DNA of 64,000 nucleotides from Candidatus Latescibacterota bacterium. Its GTDB lineage: Bacteria; Latescibacterota; UBA2968. A model generated the notes under the pieces. It was not told where the DNA came from. It saw only the letters and a program-made list of their open reading frames with translations, and did no database searches. The position numbers and the translations under genes are program-made. The stretch lies in the NCBI GenBank assembly GCA_965205975.1, contig OZ242195.1:960001-1024000 (forward strand). The letters run 5' to 3'. How positions within the stretch are numbered: position 1 is the first letter of the stretch; each line of letters opens with the position of its first letter. Below are positions 1-9,084 of the stretch, piece by piece.

Positions 1-74
1 CCCGGCCAGAGTGCCCCGATGCACAGGATGATAAATGCATCTTCCAAAATCAACCACAGCGGTCGCTCATTCAT
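1..74 (-). CDS. 5' end of a probable small membrane protein that runs off the window edge
   Basis: ATG at 74-72 overlaps the end of the upstream transglycosylase gene and reads MNERPLWLILEDAFIILCIGALWP with no stop before the edge. Not in the ORF track. Confidence 0.4.
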   Translation of the reverse strand, partial: MNERPLWLILEDAFIILCIGALWP

Positions 75-2238
75 TTTTATATCCCAATGATATTTCTACC
101 TCTGACTGTGCGTCGTTGAGGTAAGAATAAACGCGATAATTGCGGTACACGAGTTTTACATAATTGCGGGTTTCTTTATAGGGAATGCGCTCTATAAATT
201 CATCGACGTCTTGTTTTGTGAGGCGTTTTGCCCATCTCTTGGCAGCATCCAGACCCGCATTATAAGCCGATAGTGCCAAACTAAGTTGCCTGTGTTTATC
301 TTTTTGAAATGCCCTCATGTGGTCGGAGAGATGTTTCCCGCCCAATAAAATCGACGTGTGGGGGTCGTGCAGGTCTGCAGTTGAAAAATTTTTGAGCTTG
401 ACAAGTCGGGCCATGTCCCGTCCTGTTTGCGGCATCACCTGCATCAGCCCGCGTGCGCCCGCGCGAGATACAGCAGTTGTATTAAACGCGCTTTCCTGTC
501 GCATGATGGCGATCATGAGATTGGGATCCAGATTCATTTTTTGCGCTACCTGGTTGATCTCGCCCCAATAATACGTCGGGTACAATCGACGGAATGAAGA
601 CCGCGTCAGGGATATTCCCTGTGTGCGTTCTAACATTACAATCTGTGCGGATACTTGAAGTGCCTTGTGCATGGCGCGAACGCGCTCATAACGCGGCTTC
701 AAATCATCCAGCGCGAATAAATTGCGCCCGAGAATTTGCCGCGCGCGGTCGTATTCTCGCTCGGCATCTCGATATAATCCGATAGACGCCAGTACATCTC
801 CTTTTGGGATATGCGTCGAAGGCGTATAGGATTGACCTACTGATAGGTGTTCGCCCGGTTGGGGTGCTTCGATATAGGCATTTTCTGTTTTGCCCAGGAC
901 CGCATGCGCGCGCGTTGAGTAATAAGAGGTGGGAAACCCCTCTGAGGCGCGTTCAATCCAGAATCGCGCTTCTGCTTTTTGTCCTAATTTTTGGTAACAT
1001 TTGCCCGCCCAGTAATATCCCTGATCGCGCAGATGGCTCGCAGAGGTCTGACGCGACAGGCGCAAAAAGGCTTTGGCAGCAGCCGTGTATTGGCGCGTTT
1101 GATAAAGCGCGAATCCCGCCCGCCACGCAGCCTGGTCGGCATAAGTGCTTTTGGGATAGGTTGTCGCCAGTGCTATAAATAGTTTGCGCGCATCGCTATG
1201 ACGCCCCCGACGTTCATAGGCCATGGCAGCCTGCCAGAGTGCTTCGGGCGCGGTTTTTGCGTTGGGATAGCGGCGCACATATTCACAAAACCGCGTTGTT
1301 CCCGTTAAATCGTGCCCGAGCTTGATAGCACATCGGCCCAGGTAAAAAAGTGCTTCGGGCACATGATACACTTTGAAGGCGCGGTCAAACGCGCTTTCAG
1401 CTTTGAGATATTTTCGACTGCGATAATACACATGACCCAGTTCGCATTGCGCTTTTCCCCGCCATGTGGCATCTTGAGATTCAACGATCACTCGGCGCAA
1501 TAAAACGATAGCCTGTTGATATTTTTCGGCATGCATACAGGCCACACCGGCGTAAAACAGTTCTTCAACACCGCGCATATCACTCGGCGCGGGGAGCATT
1601 TCGAGAACGCCCGGATTTTTGGGATAGTTTTTGATCAATCGCAACCACATCTCGCGCGCAGCTATAGAATCGTCCAGAGCCGTCCATGCCACGACCAGCC
1701 CGGCCAGTGCATCGCCTTCGTGCGAGCGCTTGTCAATAAGTGTATGATAATATGCGATAGCGCCTTCTGCATTGCCCTGAGCAAGCGAGGCTCGCGCGGC
1801 ATTAAGTGTCGCCTGATCACCGAGCAGACTCACTGGCGTCATGTGCAGAATTTTTGCATAATGATCTTCAGCGTCTTTGGCTTGTCCCATAGCTTCGGCG
1901 CATTGTCCCATCCAAAAAGCCACATAATCGGCTATTTCTTTGTGCGCGGTGCCTGAAGACTGCAAAATTGTCAATGCGTCTGGATATTTGCCCAGATTCA
2001 TCAGACAAGTCGCGCGTTGTAACGCGGCGGTGTGAGTATTCCAGGCATCGCGAGTGTCCATATTGTCGAGTGCAGATAATGCTTCGGTAAATTTTTGCTG
2101 TGCAATTAGTTCTGCAACCCGAAAAATGGGATCGCGTTGTTCCCCTATTCCCAAATAGCCAACTATTACAAATACGGCGATAACGGGGAAGGTGAATAGC
2201 GCGATACGGCTCACTGATTTATTTTTTGAAAATGACAT
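67..2238 (-). CDS. Soluble lytic murein transglycosylase (Slt70-like) with N-terminal TPR repeats
   Basis: C-terminal SLT motifs IMRQESAF (catalytic Glu), GARGLMQVMP, SAYNAG and IPYKETRNYV; long TPR-like helical region; N-terminal hydrophobic anchor. Confidence 0.92.
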   Translation of the reverse strand: MSFSKNKSVSRIALFTFPVIAVFVIVGYLGIGEQRDPIFRVAELIAQQKFTEALSALDNMDTRDAWNTHTAALQRATCLMNLGKYPDALTILQSSGTAHKEIADYVAFWMGQCAEAMGQAKDAEDHYAKILHMTPVSLLGDQATLNAARASLAQGNAEGAIAYYHTLIDKRSHEGDALAGLVVAWTALDDSIAAREMWLRLIKNYPKNPGVLEMLPAPSDMRGVEELFYAGVACMHAEKYQQAIVLLRRVIVESQDATWRGKAQCELGHVYYRSRKYLKAESAFDRAFKVYHVPEALFYLGRCAIKLGHDLTGTTRFCEYVRRYPNAKTAPEALWQAAMAYERRGRHSDARKLFIALATTYPKSTYADQAAWRAGFALYQTRQYTAAAKAFLRLSRQTSASHLRDQGYYWAGKCYQKLGQKAEARFWIERASEGFPTSYYSTRAHAVLGKTENAYIEAPQPGEHLSVGQSYTPSTHIPKGDVLASIGLYRDAEREYDRARQILGRNLFALDDLKPRYERVRAMHKALQVSAQIVMLERTQGISLTRSSFRRLYPTYYWGEINQVAQKMNLDPNLMIAIMRQESAFNTTAVSRAGARGLMQVMPQTGRDMARLVKLKNFSTADLHDPHTSILLGGKHLSDHMRAFQKDKHRQLSLALSAYNAGLDAAKRWAKRLTKQDVDEFIERIPYKETRNYVKLVYRNYRVYSYLNDAQSEVEISLGYKNE

Positions 2239-2269
2239 TGTGAAAGCCTTTGCGATGAGGTCGGAAAAA

Positions 2270-2298
2270 ATTGTAGTCTATAATGCACGCAATGTCAA
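2270..2298 (-). promoter_or_regulatory. Sigma70-type promoter for the lytic transglycosylase gene
   Basis: Minus strand reads TTGACA (2298-2293), 17 nt spacer, TACAAT (2275-2270), about 30 nt upstream of the start at 2238. Confidence 0.7.
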
Positions 2299-2309
2299 GA
2301 TACAAAAGC

Positions 2310-2365
2310 ATCCGCAGAAAAAAGCGCGAGTAATTTGAGCGTTTTTCGCAGATGAACGCAGATAA
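2310..2365 (+). repeat. ~55 bp dispersed intergenic element with CGCAGATGRA-type decamers, copy 1
   Basis: ATCCGCAGAA..GCGAGTAATTTGAGC..CGCAGATGAACGCAGATAA; an inverted copy at 55583-55636 shares the exact 15-mer GCGAGTAATTTGAGC. Confidence 0.75.
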
Positions 2366-2434
2366 AAATAAAGTGACTGGCGGGGGCTGGGGGCACTTCA
2401 CAATTCATCCTTCACACTTTATCCCGGAGTTTTT

Positions 2435-3808
2435 ATGAAAGCACTTATTCTCGCGGCGGGAAAAGGCGAACGTTTTTTTCCATTTAATATTTTTCGTCCC
2501 AAGCCGATGTTTCCAATATGCAATCGCCCGCTTTTGGATTGGACGGTTTCGCGTTTGGTCGATGCGAATATTAGGGATATCGGCATTGTGGTGGGGCATC
2601 GGGGTGGTCGGGCGCGCAATTATTTTGGCGGTGGGCAACGATTTGGCTGTAAAATTACTTATATTGAGCAACCGCAGCCAAAAGGCACGGCGCATGCGGT
2701 GGGGCTGGCATCTGATTTTATTGGCACTGATGATGTTCTGGTCATTTTCGGAGATGTTTTTTTTAGTGCGGATGCAGTCCCACACCTGTTAAATGAGTTT
2801 AGAGATAGAAACTGTTCTGGTGTTGCTGGCATTGTCCAGGTTGACGATCTCTCATCTCATATACGCGCACACGTCGAAAAGGACCAGAGTTTGTCTTCTT
2901 ACACTTATAAACCTCGCGGTGGATCGGGTACTGCTCTGTCCGGTCTATATGTTTTCAAAAATGAAACTCTGTCCGATCTGGACAATACTTCCGATTTTGT
3001 GTCAAGGACCCAATTTGGTATTTTTCCACCTGAGGGCCAGGAAATTTGCGATGTTATCCCATTGCTCCACGGCGAAGGACGCGCGCTTGTTGCGGTCGAT
3101 TTGCCGGGGTCGTGGTTCGATATGGATTTGCCCTGGCATCCGAAAAATGTCACGCTTATGGCACTTGCCGAAATGGCTGATGCACTTACAGAAGCGGTTG
3201 TTGCGCCAACGGCTACTGTCGATTCCGATGCCCGTATTCGCGGTCCCATCTTTGTCGATGAAAATACCACGATTGCCCGAGATGTCTATATTGAAGGGCC
3301 AGTCTGGATTGGGAAAGATACGCAGATATTAGAAGGCTCCCACATCGCATCTCGTACTGTGATCGGCGACCGCTGCAAAATTGGTCCTTTTGCCAAGGTA
3401 TCGGGTACGGTGGATACCAACTGCCACATTACCTATTTGGGCGAGTTTAGCGGTATTATGCTGGAAGAGGGGCGCGTGACCCATCAGATTCAGCTTTCGG
3501 GCATTTTTGGCGAGCGCGCAGAAATAGGCGCGGGCACACAGGTGGGCACGCTGCGCTTTGACGATGCGGAGATCGAGGTCGAGGTTCAGGGGATTCGTCG
3601 AAAAGCCCCCGGTTTTACCGGTGTGTTGTTTGGGGATTACTCGCGTACGGGTATCGGTGCGATGATTATGCCCGGTCGCATTGTGGGGCCATGTGCGATG
3701 GTGGGCGCGGGGGTAGTGCTGATGAAAAACGCGCCGCCGTACAAAGCCGTACTCGTCAAGCAGGAACTCGATGTCATTGACTGGTCGCCCAATATTTATG
3801 AGCGATGA
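2435..3808 (+). CDS. Bifunctional sugar-1-phosphate nucleotidylyltransferase/acetyltransferase (archaeal GlmU-like)
   Basis: N-terminal LAAGKGER..RPKPM NTP-transferase motif, EQPQPKGTAHA, and a C-terminal hexapeptide beta-helix ending GAGTQVGTLRFDD..GDYSRTGIGAMIMPG. Confidence 0.8.
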   Translation: MKALILAAGKGERFFPFNIFRPKPMFPICNRPLLDWTVSRLVDANIRDIGIVVGHRGGRARNYFGGGQRFGCKITYIEQPQPKGTAHAVGLASDFIGTDDVLVIFGDVFFSADAVPHLLNEFRDRNCSGVAGIVQVDDLSSHIRAHVEKDQSLSSYTYKPRGGSGTALSGLYVFKNETLSDLDNTSDFVSRTQFGIFPPEGQEICDVIPLLHGEGRALVAVDLPGSWFDMDLPWHPKNVTLMALAEMADALTEAVVAPTATVDSDARIRGPIFVDENTTIARDVYIEGPVWIGKDTQILEGSHIASRTVIGDRCKIGPFAKVSGTVDTNCHITYLGEFSGIMLEEGRVTHQIQLSGIFGERAEIGAGTQVGTLRFDDAEIEVEVQGIRRKAPGFTGVLFGDYSRTGIGAMIMPGRIVGPCAMVGAGVVLMKNAPPYKAVLVKQELDVIDWSPNIYER

Positions 3809-3842
3809 GCGATTTTAGATCGACGGATCGCCCGATGTTCAC

Positions 3843-3889
3843 CAAACAAATACCCCTGTCTGATCATTTTGGACAGGGGTATTTGTTTG
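3843..3889. terminator. Bidirectional intrinsic terminator-like hairpin between convergent genes
   Basis: Perfect 18 bp inverted repeat CAAACAAATACCCCTGTC (3843-3860) / GACAGGGGTATTTGTTTG (3872-3889). A second imperfect GC-rich hairpin follows at 3889-3933. Confidence 0.75.
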
Positions 3890-3977
3890 CCTGTCCGCCT
3901 ATCTGCTGACAGGCAGCAGGTGGATGGGCAGGCGCGATCACAGATCGACCATTTCAATTTATCTTATTGGCTCGCCT

Positions 3978-4163
3978 CTATTTTTTGCCATTTTCCTCTT
4001 TCAATACAGAACGGATGGCTTCCATATCAATATCTGGATACGTCTTTTGAATGGCTGCAAATATTTCTCTCTGTCCTTCTTCTCGGCCTTCTTCTCGGCC
4101 TTCTTCTCTGGCTTGTTTCATGATGTATTGTGCAAAAGATGATTCGCGCATAATCGCATCCAT
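3978..4163 (-). CDS. Putative internally initiated small Rpn C-terminal protein (RpnS-like antitoxin), 61 aa
   Basis: In-frame ATG at 4163 (Met212) with a perfect Shine-Dalgarno AGGAGG (4174-4169) 5 nt upstream; product MDAIMRESSFAQYIMKQAREEGREEG... Confidence 0.6.
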   Translation of the reverse strand: MDAIMRESSFAQYIMKQAREEGREEGREEGQREIFAAIQKTYPDIDMEAIRSVLKEENGKK

Positions 4164-4796
4164 AAGACCCTCCTGGGATAAAATACGACTAATCGTGGCT
4201 GGCGCATACGCTAACCCACTCAATATCGTCAACCCACCCAAAATGTCAACCTTTATTGATTCTTCCAACGGCAAACCTCTCGCAGCATCAATACACGACT
4301 GTAACCACGCTTCAGAATCCATTTCATCAGGACATTTCATCAATGGCGCAAATGGAAGCAAGCCCGCGTGTCCTTCATTGAGAATGTGCTGGCCTTCGAT
4401 CTCGATCAGTCTGATCACGCTGTATTGGAAGATAAGATGGTGACCAGGCAGGTTTTGGATATAGTGTCCCGGATCGTTCTTTCCCGCATTGGGACGCAAG
4501 TAGATCACGCTGGAATAGATCGGCAAGTGATGCGTCTCAATGGCTCTGACGGTATAGCCGGCCATTCGGATGGGCATTGTAGGATCGGTAGTGGTTTGAA
4601 ATTCGTGATGTACCAATGCCTCTTCACCTGCAATCTGAACTTTGATGAGGCTGTCCATGTGGTGTGTTTGTGTTGTTGGTTGTTCTGTGTCGAGGATGTC
4701 GAGAAATTGGACGTCGTCTCGTTGGAGAGAGAGTTGGATGAAGTCTTGAGGGTAGGTTTGGATGAAGTGTTTTGAGATGGTGTCGTATTGGGGCAT
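3978..4796 (-). CDS. Rpn/YhgA-like PD-(D/E)XK nuclease (recombination-promoting nuclease / putative transposase family)
   Basis: N-terminus YDTISKHFIQTYPQDF, core HMDSLIKV..HHEFQT..MPIRM, and C-terminal EEGR repeats typical of the family. Confidence 0.8.
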   Translation of the reverse strand: MPQYDTISKHFIQTYPQDFIQLSLQRDDVQFLDILDTEQPTTQTHHMDSLIKVQIAGEEALVHHEFQTTTDPTMPIRMAGYTVRAIETHHLPIYSSVIYLRPNAGKNDPGHYIQNLPGHHLIFQYSVIRLIEIEGQHILNEGHAGLLPFAPLMKCPDEMDSEAWLQSCIDAARGLPLEESIKVDILGGLTILSGLAYAPATISRILSQEGLMDAIMRESSFAQYIMKQAREEGREEGREEGQREIFAAIQKTYPDIDMEAIRSVLKEENGKK

Positions 4797-4825
4797 GTGC
4801 TTGCCTTTGGTCTGTGTGTTTCTGA

Positions 4826-4855
4826 GGCAGGCGAAAGATGTTTCGCCGCCCCTAC
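4826..4855 (-). repeat. GTAG-type REP-like palindrome
   Basis: Minus strand GTAGGGGCGGCGAAACATCTTTCGCCTGCC with internal hairpin GGCGAAA/TTTCGCC; a related GTAGGGGCG element lies at 36853-36879. Confidence 0.55.
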
Positions 4856-4874
4856 ATGTAACCCTCAGACCTTA

Positions 4875-4891
4875 TGCAAACCTTATGCCAA
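4875..4891 (-). promoter_or_regulatory. Sigma54-like -24/-12 motif facing the Rpn gene
   Basis: Minus strand TTGGCATAAGGTTTGCA with GG and GC separated by 10 nt. Confidence 0.4.
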
Positions 4892-5290
4892 TGATATGGA
4901 ATTGGGCGATGAATGGCAGGATAAGACGCGCTAATCTCCTTATTTTTCTTCAGTTATTGATCACTCAAATTTAAGAATTATCTGTTGAATCGGATCAGCC
5001 GCAGTGCAAATGTGAGGCAAAAAAGTGTACATTTTGAGCGATGAGTGAGTAGAGAAGTGAAAGATATGTGTTCGAATGTAGGGCGAAAAATGCCAGCCTT
5101 TATTGATTTATATTGTGCTGACATAGCGCACTGGCCTGTTGTTTTTTCCTATGACTATCGGGTTTATTTTTATAGGTTTATCATTATATTGCCTACCTTC
5201 CTGTACCTTTGTGCCGTGAACTGGTCTGGACTGCGACCAGTCATGCTCGAATTACTCGCCTTCATACACCGCCCGTGGATAATTATCGCC

Positions 5291-8290
5291 ATGCCAGACC
5301 CTGATCCCATCACATTAAACGCACGCCAGCGCGAAGCCGTTACCGCGCCGATAGGTCCCGTCCTCGTGCTTGCTGGGCCAGGCACGGGGAAGACGCGGGT
5401 GCTGACCGAACGCATTGCGTATCTGGTCTCGCGTCGCGGTGTTCTTCCGGAGAATATCCTTACGCTTACATTTACAAATAAGGCTGCGGCAGAACTGCAA
5501 ATCCGCTTGTCGCGCACATTGAGCAAAGAATCGGCGGAGGTTATTACCGCAGGTACATTTCACAGGTTTTGTATCTCGATTTTGCGCGAGCATAGAGAAA
5601 CGGTTGGGTTGCCGCCGCATTTTGGCATCGCCGATGAAGATCTTCAGCGCACGCTGATCTATCGCGCATTTCCACGCCTGAATCCCAATGAAAGCAATTT
5701 GAATAATGTGATGCAAAATGTGAATCGCCTGAAGTGGCAACGGCGATACAAACCGCATGTCCCGATGAAAAAAGGGGATGCGGAATTGCTCGATAAGTAC
5801 GAAGCTGAGCTAAAGAAAAACCGATTGATCGATTTTGACGATCTCATCTTTCTCGCTCATGACTTGCTTCATTCGCATCGCCAGATTTTGATGGATTATC
5901 GCGCGCAGTTTCAACACATCCTCGTCGATGAGTTTCAAGATACCGATCCGGTTCAATATGCCCTCGTTTATTTGTTGGGCGCGGCTCACCGGAGTGTTTT
6001 TGTGGTTGCAGATGACGAGCAATCCATTTATGGGTGGCGACATGCCAGGCCAGAACATATCGAACAATTTCAAGATGATTTTCTCAAAGGGCGACCCCCC
6101 ATTTTTCTTGAGGAAAATTATCGATCATCCGCAGAGATTTTGCATCTGGCGCGCGTGTTTATCGCCAAGAATGACGTGTTGTTTGAACGCAGTATCCGCA
6201 CCCAGAGATCGGGACGCCGCGTGCGGGGGATGGCTTTTGACACGTTTGAGGAAGAAGGCCAGTTTATTGCGGGCGATATCTGGGATCGCATCCGGGAAAC
6301 GCCCGATCTGGTTCACCGGGATATTGCGGTGCTTTATCCGCAACACGCAATAGGCAGCGAGCTCGAGCGCATTTTTATGCGCGCCAATGTTCCCTGCCTG
6401 ATGGCTCATCGCAGGGGATTGTTTGACCAGCCCGTGATCCGCCGCGCTCTGTCTGTGTTGCGCTATGCGCTCGATGGCGCGAATGATGCGAGCCTCGAGT
6501 TGTTTTTGCGGCGCGAACTCGAAGCAGTGGATCCCAAATTATACCCGGCGGTGCGGGGATTTCAGAAACAAAAAAATATCGGGAGTTTCAAACAGGCTGC
6601 TTTTCTGTATCCGCGAACGGTTTTGGAAGAAGAGGGCGTGAATGTAGAGTGCGCACTGGGTCTGGCTGGCGTGGTACACAATGCCGTGCAAAGAGGCGCG
6701 GTCGCATCTTTGTACCATCTGGTGGATGATATTCTGGATCAATTGAATACATCGGAGTTGCCGTCCCTGAAAAATCATCTCGATGACATTGTAGATCCGC
6801 TCGAACTGTCGGATCTCGATACCGCTCTGAATCGCGTGTTGCCACTCTGGCGCAGGGGCGGCACCTTATATGTGGCGTGTCGGGACGAGGTGCTGCGGCA
6901 TATGCTTACGACTCTGATTCGGGATGCACTGGCGCGGCCGGGTCTCATCATACGAGAGGCTGTGCCCGGTAGCCGATTGGATGTTTTATCCGATACTCTA
7001 ATTTTGTCCTTTGACGAAGATCCGCCGCAAACACCCGAACACTTTTTACATTTGGGAGGCATGGCGTGTGGTGCAATGCTCGCTGCTCTCAAATTGTGTC
7101 AGGCGATCCACTGCGTAGATTTGCCGGCGTATATGCCGGAATACACTGCCTTTGCGTTGGAAACCTCGGGTGACGATCCCGAGCATGCACAGATCACAGC
7201 TCTGGGTGCTGTGCGCGTGCGAGATGGGTGCGTTGTCGATACATTTTATTCACCCGTACGCCTGCGAGAGGACAAAGGCACGGCTCCTACATTTCAGGAA
7301 ATTTATCTCGCATTTCAGGCGTTTGTCGGTATTGACATTCTGGTCGCACACAATGGCTATGCGTTCGATTTTCAGGTTTTGCACCGCGAAGCCCGTCGCA
7401 ATGGCAGGTCTCGCATGCCCAATCCGACGGTTGATATATTGCCTATGGCGCGAAGCTATGGCGCGACGGCTGCACGAGATCTGCGCCCTCTTTGCGAGCG
7501 GTATGATATTGCGTCAGATCCAAATGATCCACCGGCACGCGCGCGTGCACTGGCTTTGTGTAGCGTGTTTGAAGCTATGAAGAAAGAACGCGCCTCTCGC
7601 TACCGGCGCATGACGCATGAACGCCTTCTGGATCAAGTTGCTCTGGGCTTGCTTTTTCGCGCGCGCAATGGCGTAAAGGATACGGAGTTTTCCCGCGAAG
7701 AACACGTGCATTTCAACCTAGGAGCGCAGCGTCTTTTGGGACCGGCCAATTTGTGTATTCGCAATCTCGTGCAGCACTACCCTCGGTTGGATGCCGACCG
7801 GCTGCGGGGGCAGACGCGGATGTTGCTCGGCGAAGATCCTCGTCCGGATGTGCTCGCGTTGCACGCTCCCGATCAGATTCAACGCTTTCGAGACCTTTGC
7901 GAACGCCATGGTGCTGCCGCGCCATCTCTCCAGGAGGGCATTCGCAATTTGCTCGATTTTGCCGATCTCTACAAAGTCGAATTGGATACCCCAGACCGCG
8001 ATGCCGTGCATTTGCTGACGTTGCACGCGGCAAAGGGGCTTGAGTTTCGAGAGGTCTATATTTGCGGTCTCGAAGATCGCATTTTGCCCAATGCACGCGC
8101 CCTGAATAGCGCAGATTTAGCGGAACAGCGCAGGTTGTTGTATGTGGGGATCACCCGCGCAATGGATCGTCTCACGCTTTCTTGCGTGCGTCATCGTCCA
8201 GGCCGAAATATGGCGCCTTCTCGATTCTGGGATGAACTCGGATTAGAGCGCGAAGGGGCGGATAAACGAATTCCCGATTCTGAATCATGA
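5291..8290 (+). CDS. UvrD/PcrA superfamily I DNA helicase with an inserted DnaQ-like (DEDDh) exonuclease domain
   Basis: AGPGTGKT, LTFTNKAA, DEFQD, LEENYRS, TLHAAKGLEF and LYVGITRA helicase motifs; exonuclease-like segment AFALETSG..VAHNGYAFDF. Start placed at ATG 5291 because homology begins there; the ORF track extends to 5045. Confidence 0.88.
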   Translation: MPDPDPITLNARQREAVTAPIGPVLVLAGPGTGKTRVLTERIAYLVSRRGVLPENILTLTFTNKAAAELQIRLSRTLSKESAEVITAGTFHRFCISILREHRETVGLPPHFGIADEDLQRTLIYRAFPRLNPNESNLNNVMQNVNRLKWQRRYKPHVPMKKGDAELLDKYEAELKKNRLIDFDDLIFLAHDLLHSHRQILMDYRAQFQHILVDEFQDTDPVQYALVYLLGAAHRSVFVVADDEQSIYGWRHARPEHIEQFQDDFLKGRPPIFLEENYRSSAEILHLARVFIAKNDVLFERSIRTQRSGRRVRGMAFDTFEEEGQFIAGDIWDRIRETPDLVHRDIAVLYPQHAIGSELERIFMRANVPCLMAHRRGLFDQPVIRRALSVLRYALDGANDASLELFLRRELEAVDPKLYPAVRGFQKQKNIGSFKQAAFLYPRTVLEEEGVNVECALGLAGVVHNAVQRGAVASLYHLVDDILDQLNTSELPSLKNHLDDIVDPLELSDLDTALNRVLPLWRRGGTLYVACRDEVLRHMLTTLIRDALARPGLIIREAVPGSRLDVLSDTLILSFDEDPPQTPEHFLHLGGMACGAMLAALKLCQAIHCVDLPAYMPEYTAFALETSGDDPEHAQITALGAVRVRDGCVVDTFYSPVRLREDKGTAPTFQEIYLAFQAFVGIDILVAHNGYAFDFQVLHREARRNGRSRMPNPTVDILPMARSYGATAARDLRPLCERYDIASDPNDPPARARALALCSVFEAMKKERASRYRRMTHERLLDQVALGLLFRARNGVKDTEFSREEHVHFNLGAQRLLGPANLCIRNLVQHYPRLDADRLRGQTRMLLGEDPRPDVLALHAPDQIQRFRDLCERHGAAAPSLQEGIRNLLDFADLYKVELDTPDRDAVHLLTLHAAKGLEFREVYICGLEDRILPNARALNSADLAEQRRLLYVGITRAMDRLTLSCVRHRPGRNMAPSRFWDELGLEREGADKRIPDSES

Positions 8291-9069
8291 AAAAAGACAA
8301 AGTTTATTTTATTTCTGACGCGCATATAGGTGGGGGCAAATATATCCGTCCACCGCGCGTTCGTGAAAACGCGCTGATCGATTTTCTACGCGCTATTCGG
8401 AAAGATGCCGAGTGTTTGTATATTGTGGGTGATCTTTTCGATTTTTGGTTTGAATATCGGTCCGTCGTTCCCGCACATGGCGCGCGTGTGATCTTTGAAC
8501 TGTATCACCTTGTTCAAAGTGGAACGCGCGTCATTTATCTGCCTGGCAATCACGATAGCTGGCTGGGAGACTATTTATCCGAGCAGGTGGGGGTGGAGCT
8601 TCCCGGGCATTTTTGCGACGTCGTACACCAGAATCGCCGTTTGTATGTGACACACGGCGATATTTTTCAGCAAAATTGGAAATTTGAGTTGCGGCGGCGC
8701 ATTTTGAATCATCCGCTGTGTATCGCCCTGTTTCGGTGGTTACATCCAGATATCGGTGCTTATCTGGCGCGTATTGTGTCGCGGTCTTCGGACGCTGGGA
8801 TAGAAAAAGGGACGCAGAAGACAAAGAAAACATATCTGCCTTTATATTTTACTAAAAGCGCGGCAGAGAAATTTGCCGAGGGATTTGATTTTGTGATTTG
8901 TGGACATTATCACGCGCTGAGTGTTGAGCCGATGGACGGCGGGACACTTGTTGTGTTAGGCGATTGGATGAGATACGACACCTATGCTATACTCGAAAAT
9001 GGCGAGATTGTCTTAAAGCACTGGCATACAGCACCGGAAAAACCACTAAAAACATCGGCTGACTGCTGA
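8287..9069 (+). CDS. lpxH: UDP-2,3-diacylglucosamine hydrolase-like metallophosphoesterase (LpxH family)
   Basis: FISDAHIG, VGDLFDFWFEY, PGNHD, THGD and CGHYH motifs; ATGA overlap with the helicase stop. Confidence 0.75.
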   Translation: MKKDKVYFISDAHIGGGKYIRPPRVRENALIDFLRAIRKDAECLYIVGDLFDFWFEYRSVVPAHGARVIFELYHLVQSGTRVIYLPGNHDSWLGDYLSEQVGVELPGHFCDVVHQNRRLYVTHGDIFQQNWKFELRRRILNHPLCIALFRWLHPDIGAYLARIVSRSSDAGIEKGTQKTKKTYLPLYFTKSAAEKFAEGFDFVICGHYHALSVEPMDGGTLVVLGDWMRYDTYAILENGEIVLKHWHTAPEKPLKTSADC

Positions 9070-9084
9070 TACAGGAGATTGCAA

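Noticed and set aside
4070..4110. 12 bp tandem repeat CCTTCTTCTCGG as an independent repeat element
   Set aside because: It encodes the EEGR repeats typical of Rpn C-termini.
3978..4796. Rpn gene as an IS element
   Set aside because: No terminal inverted repeats or target duplication seen, and the family is not shown to transpose.
5045..5290. N-terminal extensions in the ORF track (helicase, 20390, 26479, 36792, 42475, 51859, 60950)
   Set aside because: The extensions lack homology or overlap neighbouring genes; downstream starts have a better RBS, stop-start coupling or match to where homology begins.
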